A stretch of 64,000 bases of DNA from Parcubacteria group bacterium. Its GTDB lineage: Bacteria; Patescibacteriota; Minisyncoccia; Moranbacterales; UBA2206. The stretch is taken from contig JBAZYF010000001.1 of NCBI GenBank assembly GCA_041659505.1, positions 189,274 to 253,273 on the forward strand. Reading direction: 5' to 3'. Of the stretch, positions 49,501 through 53,379 are shown piece by piece. Position numbers and translations under genes: made by a program. Under the pieces are notes generated by a model. It worked only from the letters and a program-made list of their open reading frames with translations. It was not told the origin of the DNA and ran no database searches. Within the stretch, counting starts at the first letter, position 1, and every line of letters begins with the position of its first letter.

Positions 49501-49575
49501 GAGATTTTTCATCGATTCTCTCGATGTGGAAATAAACAAAATCAGACTGTGGACTAAGCGTCTATGGACTCGCAT
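28516..49575 (-). CDS. giant repetitive cell-surface protein (7,019 aa): N-terminal TM helices, long arrays of GTLPxxNGGTG-containing repeats, C-terminal arrays of N[VI]GIGTTxP..KL.V repeats, coiled-coil tail
   Basis: single uninterrupted ORF. Two hydrophobic helices near the N-terminus. Internal tandem and dispersed repeats. True start uncertain (a PE lies in the first 50 codons). Confidence 0.8.
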   Translation of the reverse strand: MRVHRRLVHSLILFISTSRESMKNLLTQVWERAICGGKKAAETRHCLVCTGKNSRKQAIFAGAIFSGEKLDLVLIEQLAVSFAVLISGIFLAWFLLKIIRQIFANLKLLKSSEKIISIFFKGKKNLSVKKEKSAHNFELASKEKRQENSLALRAKKNLILVNAKYPALVVGIILLFATVAYALPEKYQLASLSLTSSVDELRRVKELQRSEGNLAGGQDLAYAPMGDEKTIAKSNSGSSRRSFSEGGQEMVLAEAIVASDNTTTQNASDATTIVTKPRIIQLTGALSGANGQVEDGSYAVRFAIYDTDRTQIDAYPSDTDSANRVWEETQTVTVKDGIFRVNLGQVTDLPIFTTIQAGQFFLGIRVGEDSEMAPRKRLATPLYALNAGNSLLLNGKKVGVSAGDIVALDAQGKIAISNLPTGTGSNQLLLGNDKRLKFTISGSKFLTLSGQKFTVGKVDLASETQGILPIASGGTGLSAFTSGDMLYYSSGSTFSKISAGTIGQVLSISADGTPAWGNLSALGHSAVTLAGSLDYLSIDANQVLTLNAIDLGTDVTGTLPTGNGGTGLSSYVPGDLLYYSSGGALTRLPIGSNGQIFGVLGGAPGWQNSPFVGAHNLLSLSHPDVVAASPLEGDMIVGTNQGGGIIKWQRMAVGSAGQFLSNTGSALQWRNTSTISSLGTVTAGIWNATPVTDAYVSDALTISGGTISGSNLTLVQSATPTPTAEGRIEWDVDNDQLVIGNGTGQTIITQTNLSVSGLYDYITLAGQDIVRGQIDLTTDVTGTLPISNGGTGRATFATNGILYGNGTSGINITAAGTEAQFVVANSSGVPVFVPMTGDVFIAASGASTIQPNSVALGTDTVGNYLLGATSGNGIAISGVAGEGWTASFALDSLTSNWNQTGAFDIVLANAGSELQIMESNGGAFYGTVDVGDLSANRTYTFPDTSGTLALTSDIHAPVTLAGQTYASIIGQAITFAQIDLASHVTGTLPVANGGTGATTFTPNGIVYGNGVGAMQITAAGSSGQILIANASSIPAFVTLGGDVTIIANGTATIANSAVGSAEIIDSSIAEGDINFDNAAGEGLILKYVGGQMHWSPETGGSGSSKWTDTGTFTYLTTTTNDLVIGGSATDTGFFFDISASTLTLEGATPDAYETTLGVLDPTADRAINFPNASGTVALTSDLHNSATLGGTLDYLTIDGNQVITRSAIDLATDVTGTLPVGNGGTGQITFATNGVLYGNGTSGISASTAGTSGQLIIAGATGTPVFRSVSGDINLTDLGVATIQPDAVALGSDTTGNYVLSLSNGNGIAGANGGSEGATLTLALGNLTSNWNQTGAFDIVLANAGSELQIMESNGGAFYGTVDVGDLSANRTYTFPDTSGTLALTSDIHAPVTLAGQTYASIIGQAITFAQIDLASHVTGTLPVANGGTGATTFTPNGIVYGNGVGAMQITAAGSSGQILIANASSIPAFVTLGGDVTIIANGTATIANSAVGSAEIIDSSIAEGDINFDNAAGEGLILKYVGGQMHWSPETGGSGSSKWTDTGTFTYLTTTTNDLVIGGSATDTGFFFDISASTLTLEGATPDAYETTLGVLDPTADRAINFPNASGTVALTSDLHNSATLGGTLDYLTIDGNQVITRSAIDLATDVTGTLPVGNGGTGQITFATNGVLYGNGTSGISASTAGTSGQLIIAGATGTPVFRSVSGDINLTDLGVATIQPDAVALGSDTTGNYVLSLSNGNGIAGANGGSEGATLTLALSNLTADWSQGGAYDLVLANASSELKIMESIGGLYYGIFDVANLSADQTYTFPNVSGTVALGIGTAGYPAYWSDANTLLAEQYVSVVRGGTGVGTFGGVNTILYTTSANTLSSIATANDGILVTGAGGAPSISTDLPTAVTIGSGYIYRAGGTDVSLADGGTGASLTDPNADRLMFWDDSNSSIAWLSGAANLNITGTVFDLASSVTLGSNGTSGDLTLYSEQGTTDYSVKLQPNGAMTQNVTFTLPANDGDASQVLITNGAGALTWSSVSGVGALDGTGFANSAAYWLDDNTLAYENQLAMSRGGTGANLTDPNADRLMFWDDSNSSIAWITANSGNLNLTGTTLDLDATIQLGADATSGSLTIYSEQGATDHTLAIAPNPAMTQDVTLTMPADDGINQQVLITDGNGALSWSSVSGVGGVTGTGTNGYATYWTGASSLAAEQYLSVTRGGTGAGTYATNGVLYGNGTGALQATTAGTETQFLVANATGVPTFVTMSGDVTISAAGVASVGADRIALTTQTTGNYVATVASGNGLTGGSAGSEGATLTLALSNLTANWNQSGAFDIILGNAGSELQIMESSGNTYYGTVDVGDLSANQTYTFPNASGTIALTTDLHNSVTLAGTLDYLTLDSNQVLTRGAIDLTTDVTGTLPVSNGGTGRSTLTNNGVIYGLGSSAVGMTSAGTSGQILIAGATGTPTFQSVSGDINLTDTGTATIQSNSVALTTDTTGNYVATLTNGNGITGANGGSEGATLTLALGSLTSNWTQAGAFDIVLANAGSELQIMESTGDTFYGTLDVADLSANQTYTFPNATGSVALGTGVANQLAYWSGTNALSGVTSGNNGLLVTNGSGVPSIATDIPTAVTIGSSYIYRAGGTDISVADGGTGRSTLTTNGVLYGLGASAVGMTTAGTDAQLLIAGATGVPTFRSMSGDMLISNLGVATIQSDAIGSSEISDSTIAEADLSATNGPTAGYVLSYNSGGGFTWIVNDGGSGGSKWTDSGSGFTYLTATTNNLLIGGSTADTGFFFDISASTFTFEGATPDAYETTVGVLDPTADRAINFPNASGTIALTTDLHNSVTLAGTLDYLTLDSNQVLTRGAIDLTTDVTGTLPVSNGGTGRSTLTNNGVIYGLGSSAVGMTSAGTSGQILIAGATGTPTFQSVSGDINLTDTGTATIQSNSVALTTDTTGNYVATLTNGNGITGANGGSEGATLTLALGSLTSNWTQAGAFDIVLANAGSELQIMESTGDTFYGTLDVADLSANQTYTFPNATGSVALGTGVANQLAYWSGTNALSGVTSGNNGLLVTNGSGVPSIATDIPTAVTIGSSYIYRAGGTDISVADGGTGRSTLTTNGVLYGLGASAVGMTTAGTDAQLLIAGATGVPTFRSMSGDMLISNLGVATIQSDAIGSSEISDSTIAEADLSATNGPTAGYVLSYNSGGGFTWIVNDGGSGGSKWSDGGAFTFLTDTADSLMIGGSAVNSSAFYFNLADANYSDTQTITFEGSGADDNFETRFIITNPTADRDIVFKNEGGTVAYTTDIHTALTLAGTLDYITLDGNQVLTRNAIDLATDVTGLLGAGNGGTGLNTGSATGVPTLSSGTWSINATLGVATGGTGVATEANLENKIEAYIFDADSENISGVWTLADNTALRYGADGNFSTSYNGTSGNLELTDGTNLLASFSDAGTVGNLRITGGISTYDKVVTAGYGEFAGLCLGNGTSCITTWGAAGAISGSGTAGSVAYWSGANALTAEPQLATSRGGTGIDTASSSGMPMLTAGTWSITHTPTLGMAGTSGALSFYSEQGALDYSATLSPNSAMTSSAHFYLPSDEPIATYLLSMTSGGVMGFDTNSYLVAPSTPAQGDVLYYNGTSWVNLPAGTDGYYLQTRGVGVNPRWAEATAGSSDWTRVVGTPSLSYLTDTASDFAIGGTTLANSIFGIDTSTARMQIGNAGITGSLALYSEVGATDYTLTLQPSASMTQNTIYTFPVNDGDPDQVLVSNGSGVLEWKTVNGISGAGDITAIGNVTGGDAFTASGTAGTQLYFYDADGRGQLTIADLTQARTYTLPNADGTVALGTGTQNYVARWTGANNLSTGVLYDNGTNVGIGTTSPATRLDLQNTDYKQLRLWNTNSLQQLWIGSVYDSVGSFIGNNAYYHSNLNFTPNYSAASGINFNQNGGTEFWNNSGLTSGVDYIPTRSMVILSNGNIGIGTTDPTYKLHVGGATFINSNLTVNSYIMNANGGPASPSYTFSNGQSTGLFLTGSNNALGFSTVGAEAMRINSSGNVGIGTTNPLYKLHVNGNIGGDAIYLNGLVIGNNSGQIASNAGENLYFAVGGTTLEKMRLTTDGNLGIGTTNPLQKLSIAGTMGILEGGSTPQYYTILQGADQTADITYTLPGSYPGGSGYVLTSAIDGAMSWSAAGTGGIGDITGIGNVTSGDAFTATGTAGTQLYFYDADGRGQLTIANLTAVQTYTLPDATGTFALGTGTQNYVARWTGANNLSTGVLYDDGTNVGIGTTNPTQLLAVADNQFTVSSMGALVSQSATIGQTVVVPIVVSGNGGGTMGSPNGTYVYMGQHNGKNYYQFGVTWYIWWSSGDNTWYIGSYAGDMSIDGIGPDNSTNIWYSNTTGATPPLLAGGWNPKYSATGNPTTATGSAPLIVMDTAGNLSMGGLLAVTGSGNSYFNGGNVGIGTVSPVQLFQVNSSATASFVVTSAGQVGIGTTNPLAILHLNGGVGSLATGLAFGDGDSGIYEDADDSLMINLNGGGAWSISSSFIHSNVTNGAAILHATPSGTIPGFTFFADQNTGVGTADADILSLIAGGTNGLNVTSAGNVGIGTTAPGVALDIVGNLRVFASGAGLYMRSSNLDIVNSNGTESINWSGTGAGSSLYFRTANADRMWIANGGNVGIGTTNPLALLSVGATSQFQVNALGEVTAVKVNGNTISSGSGTLGLSTYTLNLTGDANLNQHLLTTSSPSFAGLTVTGAFSMKDDQYFTLGDSNDSIITHRATPVTANTAVSGLIVGTPTVGALGANSTVFSNITGGDFVFIGANGLGNSQELLRLSAANSKVTMGSGTTAMIIDANGFVGIGTTAPSQLLQVNNSGANAFVVTAAGNVGIGTTSPGVRLDIGGNSQSITLISARGTGNGLEFGHPNAAGYGSAIGSTYSSGYPYLVFNGEQGANGDTFITRGIMGRVLMNNVSAGILSFGRLTNVNASGQTPTSDLVINSSGNIGIGTTAPVEILDVNGRLHLAQTTAPTPTTDRLYNVGGNLLWNGINLTGGGSLPTGITGQTLYSNAGTWTATSNLYNDGTNVGIGMTSPQYILDVDGQSRIRSNLFLGYSNYLYFGATGTGIQGSDSGSQFISFMTAGSDRMFISSTGNVGIGTTNPTRQLEIGGVANPAMGVVSSSSAGYYATFAVNYDATHPFSITSNALEIFGRYANSATVLGLGGNVGIGTTNPGYKLDVYGTGSFDGKGTDPNVLVFKQSGGVQGYLKATNGIGLQGETAAGGNAYIYGGTGNGLFVSNAGNIGIGTTAPGYKLHVTGSTDNYLSYLYNSNTGNSAGGLYVRGDGLGNLFTLNYAGTDVFTVSGAQTTFSNPVSFASAGNVTLANDLVMANPMAGNIRFSSQGYIATESGWEDLNLNLSAANNGYVIVSDTLQNNLNIGSTAPGTNYGIYQTLNNTGIVTTGVDTTYGLYQALSRTGATGGTINSYGIYSNVTADNAGTGTSTAIGGYFSASGADNNFALITGNGNVGIGTTNPTEKLSVTGNISASGNVSAGNAFGINGYGSLTWGTMLGGNSPILTSGNSLGFSTTNMASLQMVINSSGNVGIGTTNPTRKLDIVTASDSDVGVYTNGYIRSGNLFMAGGAAGLFNNSVSDGGLIFDHAIDNSIELYSGVGGNVAFATNGDSSNYSMLINAAGNVGIGTTAPGYKLHVTGSTDNYLSYLYNSNTGNSAGGLYVRGDGLGNLLTLNYAGTDVMTVSGAQTTFSNPVSFASAGNVAFSNDLVLTNSTAGNIRFQGAGYVVTESGWQNLDLTLSAANDGFVVVADTLQNNLNIGSTAPGTNYGIYQTLNNTGIVTTGVDTTYGLYQALSRTGATGGTINSYGVYSNVTGDTGGTSTAIGGYFSASGADNNFALITGNGNVGIGTTAPGYQFVINNPNSALMQFIAGDGGYVSGSYFGSPTSPTRGSILYQNNSGIDDSLNITSVGVMSFVTQYLERMRILANGNVGIGTTDPGAKLDVNGSILATSIRLGSTYSIDNTGFYISDPALGGIGSGGQTPNGAYSWFISSGDNTTHNDGFINLDTSGSERMRIDASGNIGIGTTAPTYKLHVTGSTDNYLSYLYNSNTGNSAGGLYVRGDGLGSLLTLNYAGSDVMTVTGAQTTFSNPVSFASAGNVSLSNDLLLTNATAGNIRFKGPGYVVTESSWQNLNLTLSAANDGFVVVDDTLQNNLNIGTTAPGTNYGIYQTLSNTGIVTTGVDTTYGLYQALSRTGATGGTINSYGIYSNVTGDTGGTSTAIGGYFSASGADNNFALITGSGNVGIGTTNPGYALDVNGNSRIENQTGATTFIVQAGIGQSSTNLLEIKNNTGSVVTYFNASGNLYAASVNGGSAANLDSNGIQLSSTSSIAWSQGGYAGTLDIGLSRLSSGVLAIGNGTQGNSIGTLIAGNVGIGTTAPSYKLQLAGSVDSYLSSFYNSATTASAGGLYIRSDGLGNLLTLDYAGTDVMTVSGAQTTFSNPVSFASAGNVSFANDLLLTNEDTGNLLFQGPGNIATDSSWQNLDLTLSAANLGEVIINDDIQINGSRFNVNASGNVGIGTTNPMAKVQVANYNGYAELMLTSQQYYSSGIYFGYPGAEDVGSLTFSNTSDYIMSLKAGLVTINDISSVEKMRIDTVTGNVGIGTTDPTSKLYVVGDIYTTANLSALTITDRTAYPKTLDQAYEAVLSMQRLPDGEYDENDSTNQLDHSKLSDFILASNGERDLSASVSSINEVTKYLLGQIGGINNPIALSSQVKQQETQIASITQNQNQIVAQLTGQLADQSLSVDNKLQLIGETLSSITADTQNLETQTQQIADLQAQLSQQSGDLLALQTQMDDLKVQAQGVMDFADALDINKETGEINLSFVNGKITAGSITANSILLNGQLEAESVVAGAFSVKIVDAAKKTLGDVVICEAGKIMKNGICDVPVTEEEIISASDGKTVKIDTTAVSATTKIFITPEGDAGGRVWVEKQTDVVTGEYTGFKIKCSDPIIGSVKVNWWIVEEK
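30670..33470. repeat. three diverged ~1.2-kb repeats inside the giant CDS (~300-aa units beginning N[IV]GIGTT[AN]PGYKLHVTGSTDNYLSYLYNSNTGNSAGGLYVRGDGLG...)
   Basis: protein repeats visible three times; DNA blocks at ~30670, ~31868 and ~33040 are ~85-90% identical. Confidence 0.7.
39933..42505. repeat. near-identical tandem duplication inside the giant CDS, period 1,377 bp (~1.9 copies)
   Basis: identical spurious ORFs at 40183..40395 and 41560..41772; identity starts at CATTTCGACCCCCCACTTCC (39933 / 41310) and is lost near 41127 / 42504. Confidence 0.85.
44299..46890. repeat. near-identical tandem duplication inside the giant CDS, period 1,302 bp (2 copies)
   Basis: identical spurious ORF pairs 44384/45686, 44422/45724, 45044/46346; 434-aa identical protein blocks. 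Confidence 0.85.
49427..49455. repeat. PE copy inside the annotated N-terminus of the giant ORF (GTGCAGACGAGGCA-g-TGCCTCGTCTCTGC)
   Basis: translates as AAETRHCLVCT in frame. Confidence 0.7.
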
Positions 49576-49714
49576 TTTTTGTTTTATTTTCCCATGAATT
49601 TACTTCTGAATTATACCATAAAAAAAAAGATTGCAATAGGGCAAAATGGCAAAGTTATCCACAGGTGGAAATTGAGAAAAAATTGGTTGAATTTTTGATA
49701 TATTTATCGCATCC

Positions 49715-49742
49715 GTAGAGACGAGGCACTGCCTCGGCTTGG
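49715..49742. repeat. PE copy, degenerate right arm (GTAGAGACGAGGCA-c-TGCCTCGGCTTGG)
   Basis: seen directly. Confidence 0.65.
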
Positions 49743-49781
49743 TCACATTTCCAATCTATTTTTTGCAAAAATACCTAGCCT

Positions 49782-49829
49782 GTAGAGACGCCTGCCTGTC
49801 CGGTAGGCAGGCAATTCAATGCGTCTAGC
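49782..49829. repeat. long PE variant GTAGAGACG-[GCCTGCCT-gtccggt-AGGCAGGC]-caattcaatg-CGTCTAGC
   Basis: conserved outer arms with a different 8-bp inner hairpin. Confidence 0.6.
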
Positions 49830-49862
49830 GGTTTTAATAATCGGGTAAATTTTACACAAAAA

Positions 49863-49887
49863 AAGACGTGGCAGTGCCACGTCTCTA
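49863..49887. repeat. PE copy AGACGTGGCA-g-TGCCACGTCTCTAC
   Basis: GTGG/CCAC stem variant. Confidence 0.75.
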
Positions 49888-49912
49888 CAAGTAAATTTAT
49901 TTTCGCAAATTT

Positions 49913-50992
49913 TTACCGATTCCCCTCAATCTTCCAAGAATGCACTTCCTTCAAGATCGAATCGACGTCGGAAACCCATTTTTGCACCGCCTTTGGATCA
50001 TCCAAGTCCGGTCGATAACCGCATTTCCAGGGACTAACCATCTTTTGCGCGGTGGTCATTTTTTCATTATAAATCAAATCCTTGATCCGTTTGGCCGTCC
50101 GTTCAAAACCTTCTTGCGGAGTCGCAAAACAAGAATGCCCGGCTGAGCCCATTTTGTCTGTCTTTAAGCGAAAACCGACGTAGTTATAGCAATCCTTGCC
50201 ATTGTTCACCGGGACATGATCACCCCAAGAACTTTCCTTTCTGGCAATCGCGATAAACATCGCCGCCACCAACGGATCTTCTTTGGCAATGAAAGGCGCC
50301 ATTTGCTTGATCGGATGATTGCCGACCAACTCACGAATTTTGGTTTCAAATTCTTTTTGTTTGGCCAATTTTGCATCTTCGACCTGTTTTTTGGCCAGAT
50401 CTGCCTGTTTCTTTTTGTCTGCCTCCGCCTCGGCCTTGGCCGCATTTTCGCCCAAAACCCTGGATTCTTCTTGTTTTTGACTCAACTGCACGATTGCCTC
50501 TTTGACCTGAGCCTCTTCCACGTCGGCGTGCGCGCCCGGCCCCAAATAACGATAAATCATCGTCATCAAAAACATCCCAAAAATGAGCGAACCGACCAGC
50601 GACAAATTCCAAGCCCGCATCACACTCACACCATTTGTATAACCAGCAAATGCATCTTTGAGATAAGTCGTGAAACTGGCATAACGCTCGCTCAACTCGG
50701 AATAAATCTTCGCTTCCGGTTTTGTCTGATAGCTATAGCGGACAGTTTTTTCCCGCCGTGAAACAACCGAATCTAATCGGTCAGTCGCAAAATTAATTTT
50801 CCCGCCACGCTTTATCCGCAAAAGTTCATTTTGGGTGAGGTAGAGCTTAGAATCGCGCGTCGTGAAATCGCGCACTTGTCCATATTTTTTAGAAAACAAG
50901 ACGGAAGAATTTTTATACTTCAAGACAAATTTCGCCAAAGCATAATCCGGCGCGAGCGGTTTCTTTTGATTTTTGATTATCCCATCTAACAT
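49913..50992 (-). CDS. membrane-anchored protein with coiled-coil and C-terminal GH73 (glucosaminidase)-like peptidoglycan hydrolase domain
   Basis: TM helix MRAWNLSLVGSLIFGMFLMTMIY; K/A/E-rich coiled coil; FIAIARKESSWGDHVPVNNGKDCYNYVGFR resembles the A..ESgwG...NN.FG core of mannosyl-glycoprotein endo-beta-N-acetylglucosaminidase domains. Confidence 0.5.
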   Translation of the reverse strand: MLDGIIKNQKKPLAPDYALAKFVLKYKNSSVLFSKKYGQVRDFTTRDSKLYLTQNELLRIKRGGKINFATDRLDSVVSRREKTVRYSYQTKPEAKIYSELSERYASFTTYLKDAFAGYTNGVSVMRAWNLSLVGSLIFGMFLMTMIYRYLGPGAHADVEEAQVKEAIVQLSQKQEESRVLGENAAKAEAEADKKKQADLAKKQVEDAKLAKQKEFETKIRELVGNHPIKQMAPFIAKEDPLVAAMFIAIARKESSWGDHVPVNNGKDCYNYVGFRLKTDKMGSAGHSCFATPQEGFERTAKRIKDLIYNEKMTTAQKMVSPWKCGYRPDLDDPKAVQKWVSDVDSILKEVHSWKIEGNR

Positions 50993-51039
50993 GTTTTGAT
51001 TATAGCATAGTTTTTATTTTTCGTCTTTTTATAAATCCC

Positions 51040-51240
51040 CTTCGCCCTCCGGGAGAAGGCCTGCCCGAATTGCAACTCGTTGCAGGCGGGTGGCCGAAGG
51101 CCGGATGAGGGAAAGGGTGTTGCGTAAAACAAAAACTGAATTGGTTTAGATTATTCCTAATTTATTGCCCTTGCCCTCACCTGTCATGATTGCATGACAT
51201 CCTCTCCCGAGGGGAGAAGAGGCTTTTTATTTTTTTTCAA
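51040..51240. other. structured intergenic region: GC-rich nested inverted repeats, and a plus-strand terminator-like hairpin + T-run (CCTCTCCCgaGGGGAGAAGAGGcttttt) overlapping the lgt 3' end
   Basis: GCCTGCCCGAATTGCAACTCGTTGCAGGCGGG and CCGAAGGCCGG pairings seen directly. Confidence 0.35.
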
Positions 51241-52107
51241 AAAAAGTAAAATCAATCCACCAAAAAACATTGCGAGAGAAAATATTTGTCCCAATGTGAA
51301 ATTGCCAAAAATAAATCCGATTTGCGGATCCGGTTCGCGAAAAAATTCACCCGCGAAACGCGCGCCGGCATAACCGATGAGATAGAGCGCTAAAAATTTT
51401 CCTGAGAAACTTTTATAATTGCGCCAAAACCAAAAAAATATAAATAGTAAAAATCCCTCCAAAAAGGCTTCATAGAGCTGTGATGGATAGCGTAAAACAC
51501 CGGTTGGATCGGCCGGAAAATACATCCCAAAGCGTGAAACCGTCACTCGTCCATAAAGTTCGCCGTTCAAAAAATTGCCGATCCGGCCGAAAAAATAGCC
51601 GGCAGGAATGACGGGAATAATAAAATCCGCGAGCGCCCAAAAATTAATTTTGTATTTTTTAATAAAAATCCAAGCGGCGATTAGAACGCCAAGAAGTCCT
51701 CCGTGATAACTCATACCATAAATGCCAATCAGTTTTCCCGTGTCCAAATCAAACGGAGAAATGATTGCCAAAGGATGCGCAGAATAAAATGGGAAATTAT
51801 AGAAAAAAACATAGCCCAAGCGTCCACCGATGATGACACCAAAAAAACAAAATAGTAAAAAATCTAAAAGCACTTCTTGCTTTTTTTGTAATTTATTTTT
51901 TGCACTGATATTTCTTCCCTCCTCGAGTTTAGAAAAAATTTTTTTATCCTCAAAAAGCTGCAATCTTTTTTTCAAAAGCAGCCAAACAACCAAAAGCGCC
52001 ACCGCATACATCAGAGCATACCAGCCGACAGAAAAAAATCCGAAATGCATTATTTCGGGATTGATTTTTTCAGGAATGTGCTGATAGAAGTCTAAGAAAT
52101 TATTCAT
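51184..52107 (-). CDS. lgt: prolipoprotein diacylglyceryl transferase
   Basis: Lgt signature GRIGNFLNGELYG, polytopic membrane protein, conserved YHGG. Confidence 0.9.
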   Translation of the reverse strand: MNNFLDFYQHIPEKINPEIMHFGFFSVGWYALMYAVALLVVWLLLKKRLQLFEDKKIFSKLEEGRNISAKNKLQKKQEVLLDFLLFCFFGVIIGGRLGYVFFYNFPFYSAHPLAIISPFDLDTGKLIGIYGMSYHGGLLGVLIAAWIFIKKYKINFWALADFIIPVIPAGYFFGRIGNFLNGELYGRVTVSRFGMYFPADPTGVLRYPSQLYEAFLEGFLLFIFFWFWRNYKSFSGKFLALYLIGYAGARFAGEFFREPDPQIGFIFGNFTLGQIFSLAMFFGGLILLFLKKNKKPLLPSGEDVMQS

Positions 52108-52235
52108 TCAAAAGCACCTAATTTCTAATTACAAATTTCCAATGTCAAACCAAGTCTAAAATCCAAAGTTCAAAAAATACTTTTTGTCATTTTGATTTGG
52201 AAATTGATTTGATATTTGGCATTGGAAATTTGGAA

Positions 52236-52535
52236 TTATTGTTTCCCCTTCTTCATCTCCGCCTCCGCTTTTTTCTCTTCTTTTTTCTCCAGGCGTGCCA
52301 GATAAAAACTGGCGACTACCACGATCAAAGTAATCACTACCGCATAGGCCAGTTTAGCTCTGAGGCTGTTTTGATCCTGTGGGAAAAAATAGTCGATAAA
52401 GGCTTTAATGGCGTCATTCCAGGCCAGACCAGCTACGAGTCCAAGCGCCGCAACGATATATTTCACCGTCCGGTTGCGCACCTCGCTTTTCACTTTCGCC
52501 AGCTCCCCGATCAATTTTTCTTCAATTTTTTTCAT
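52236..52535 (-). CDS. small membrane protein, unknown function
   Basis: one or two TM helices, K/E-rich C-terminal tail. Confidence 0.5.
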   Translation of the reverse strand: MKKIEEKLIGELAKVKSEVRNRTVKYIVAALGLVAGLAWNDAIKAFIDYFFPQDQNSLRAKLAYAVVITLIVVVASFYLARLEKKEEKKAEAEMKKGKQ

Positions 52536-52543
52536 ATTGTTTT

Positions 52544-53293
52544 TTATTTTTTACCAATTAATTCTTCCACCGCCAAGCTAGCTACCAATGCGAATGCATG
52601 GTGCCGGCCAAAACGTGACAGAGTAATTTTTTCTGCTTTTTCATCGTGTTCTATTTCTACAATTTGTCCGATTTCTATCTTCTCAATTTTCCCGATTTTC
52701 CAATCTTTTTTACTCTCGCTTGTTTCGCCGAAATAGCTGACTGGAGCATGCGATTTTTTTGCCAGCTCCTTAACCCGCAGATTATCATGATTCAAAATCA
52801 CCGCACCGCTTTTTTTCGTTTTTTCGGCCAGGATAATATACTCCGCGACAAGATCATTCATCGTAGGAAAAGATTCTAAATATCTTTGCGTGATATCCGT
52901 CACGACAGAAATTTCCGGTTCGATGATTGAAAGCAGATAGCGCATATCACCGGGACAAGAAACACCCAACTCCAAAACCAGATATTCGGGAAAGTTTTTT
53001 TGCCAGATTGCCCGAAAAGCAGCACTGATCACTGGCCGCCATTCTTGAAAAGAATTATATCCACTGGATAGGCCTAGAATGGCCAAGGGAAGCCCGATGT
53101 CTGTGTTAAAATTACGTGGATTTGCCCTAACTTTTCTTCCTTTTTTCTCCAAAATCTTTTTGATTTCATCCCGCACAAAAGTCTTATTCACACTCCCCGC
53201 CACCGCAATAATTTTCGGACGATGAATCGCCAAAACTAATTTAGCGATTAGCTTGAGATAAAATTTTAGGATGGGTTTGAAAATTGTTTTCAT
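52544..53293 (-). CDS. short Mur-ligase-family protein (MurF-like central domain only, degenerate P-loop)
   Basis: KIIAVAGSVNKT replaces the canonical GTNGKTTT; NFNTDIGLPLAILGL resembles the MurF N.NN.IGvPLTLL motif; only 249 aa. Confidence 0.5.
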   Translation of the reverse strand: MKTIFKPILKFYLKLIAKLVLAIHRPKIIAVAGSVNKTFVRDEIKKILEKKGRKVRANPRNFNTDIGLPLAILGLSSGYNSFQEWRPVISAAFRAIWQKNFPEYLVLELGVSCPGDMRYLLSIIEPEISVVTDITQRYLESFPTMNDLVAEYIILAEKTKKSGAVILNHDNLRVKELAKKSHAPVSYFGETSESKKDWKIGKIEKIEIGQIVEIEHDEKAEKITLSRFGRHHAFALVASLAVEELIGKK

Positions 53294-53379
53294 ATCTCTT
53301 GTGTCATTCCCGCCCCCGTTTTCACGAGGATAAACTCCGTCGGGAATCTAGGTTCCGCTAATTATAAGTTTTAATTTTT

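Noticed and set aside
27995-49575. A complete diversity-generating retroelement (Avd + RT + TR/VR) targeting the giant protein
   Set aside because: Only the Avd-like gene is present. No reverse-transcriptase ORF (no YxDD-type motif in any frame that I can see) and no TR/VR repeat pair in the window. Kept only as a hypothesis for a trans-acting element elsewhere.
2004-49887. The palindromic elements as a CRISPR array or as intrinsic terminators
   Set aside because: Repeats are not regularly spaced and have no unique spacers. Most copies lack a following U-run on the transcribed strand, and several sit in 5' leaders or inside ORFs.
2004-49887. Paired inverted CGTCTC/GAGACG (BsmBI/Esp3I-type) sites in every element as a restriction-modification or cloning artefact signal
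   Set aside because: The sites are an automatic consequence of the palindrome's conserved arms. No R-M genes are nearby, and the copies are diverged, as expected for natural elements.
52197-52736. Plus-strand ORF 52197..52736 (179 aa) and other overlapping plus ORFs in the housekeeping half (53792..54271, 56026..56803, 57253..57752, 59395..59777, 61057..61622)
   Set aside because: Each overlaps, on the opposite strand, a minus-strand gene with clear family motifs and has low-complexity composition typical of antisense artefacts.
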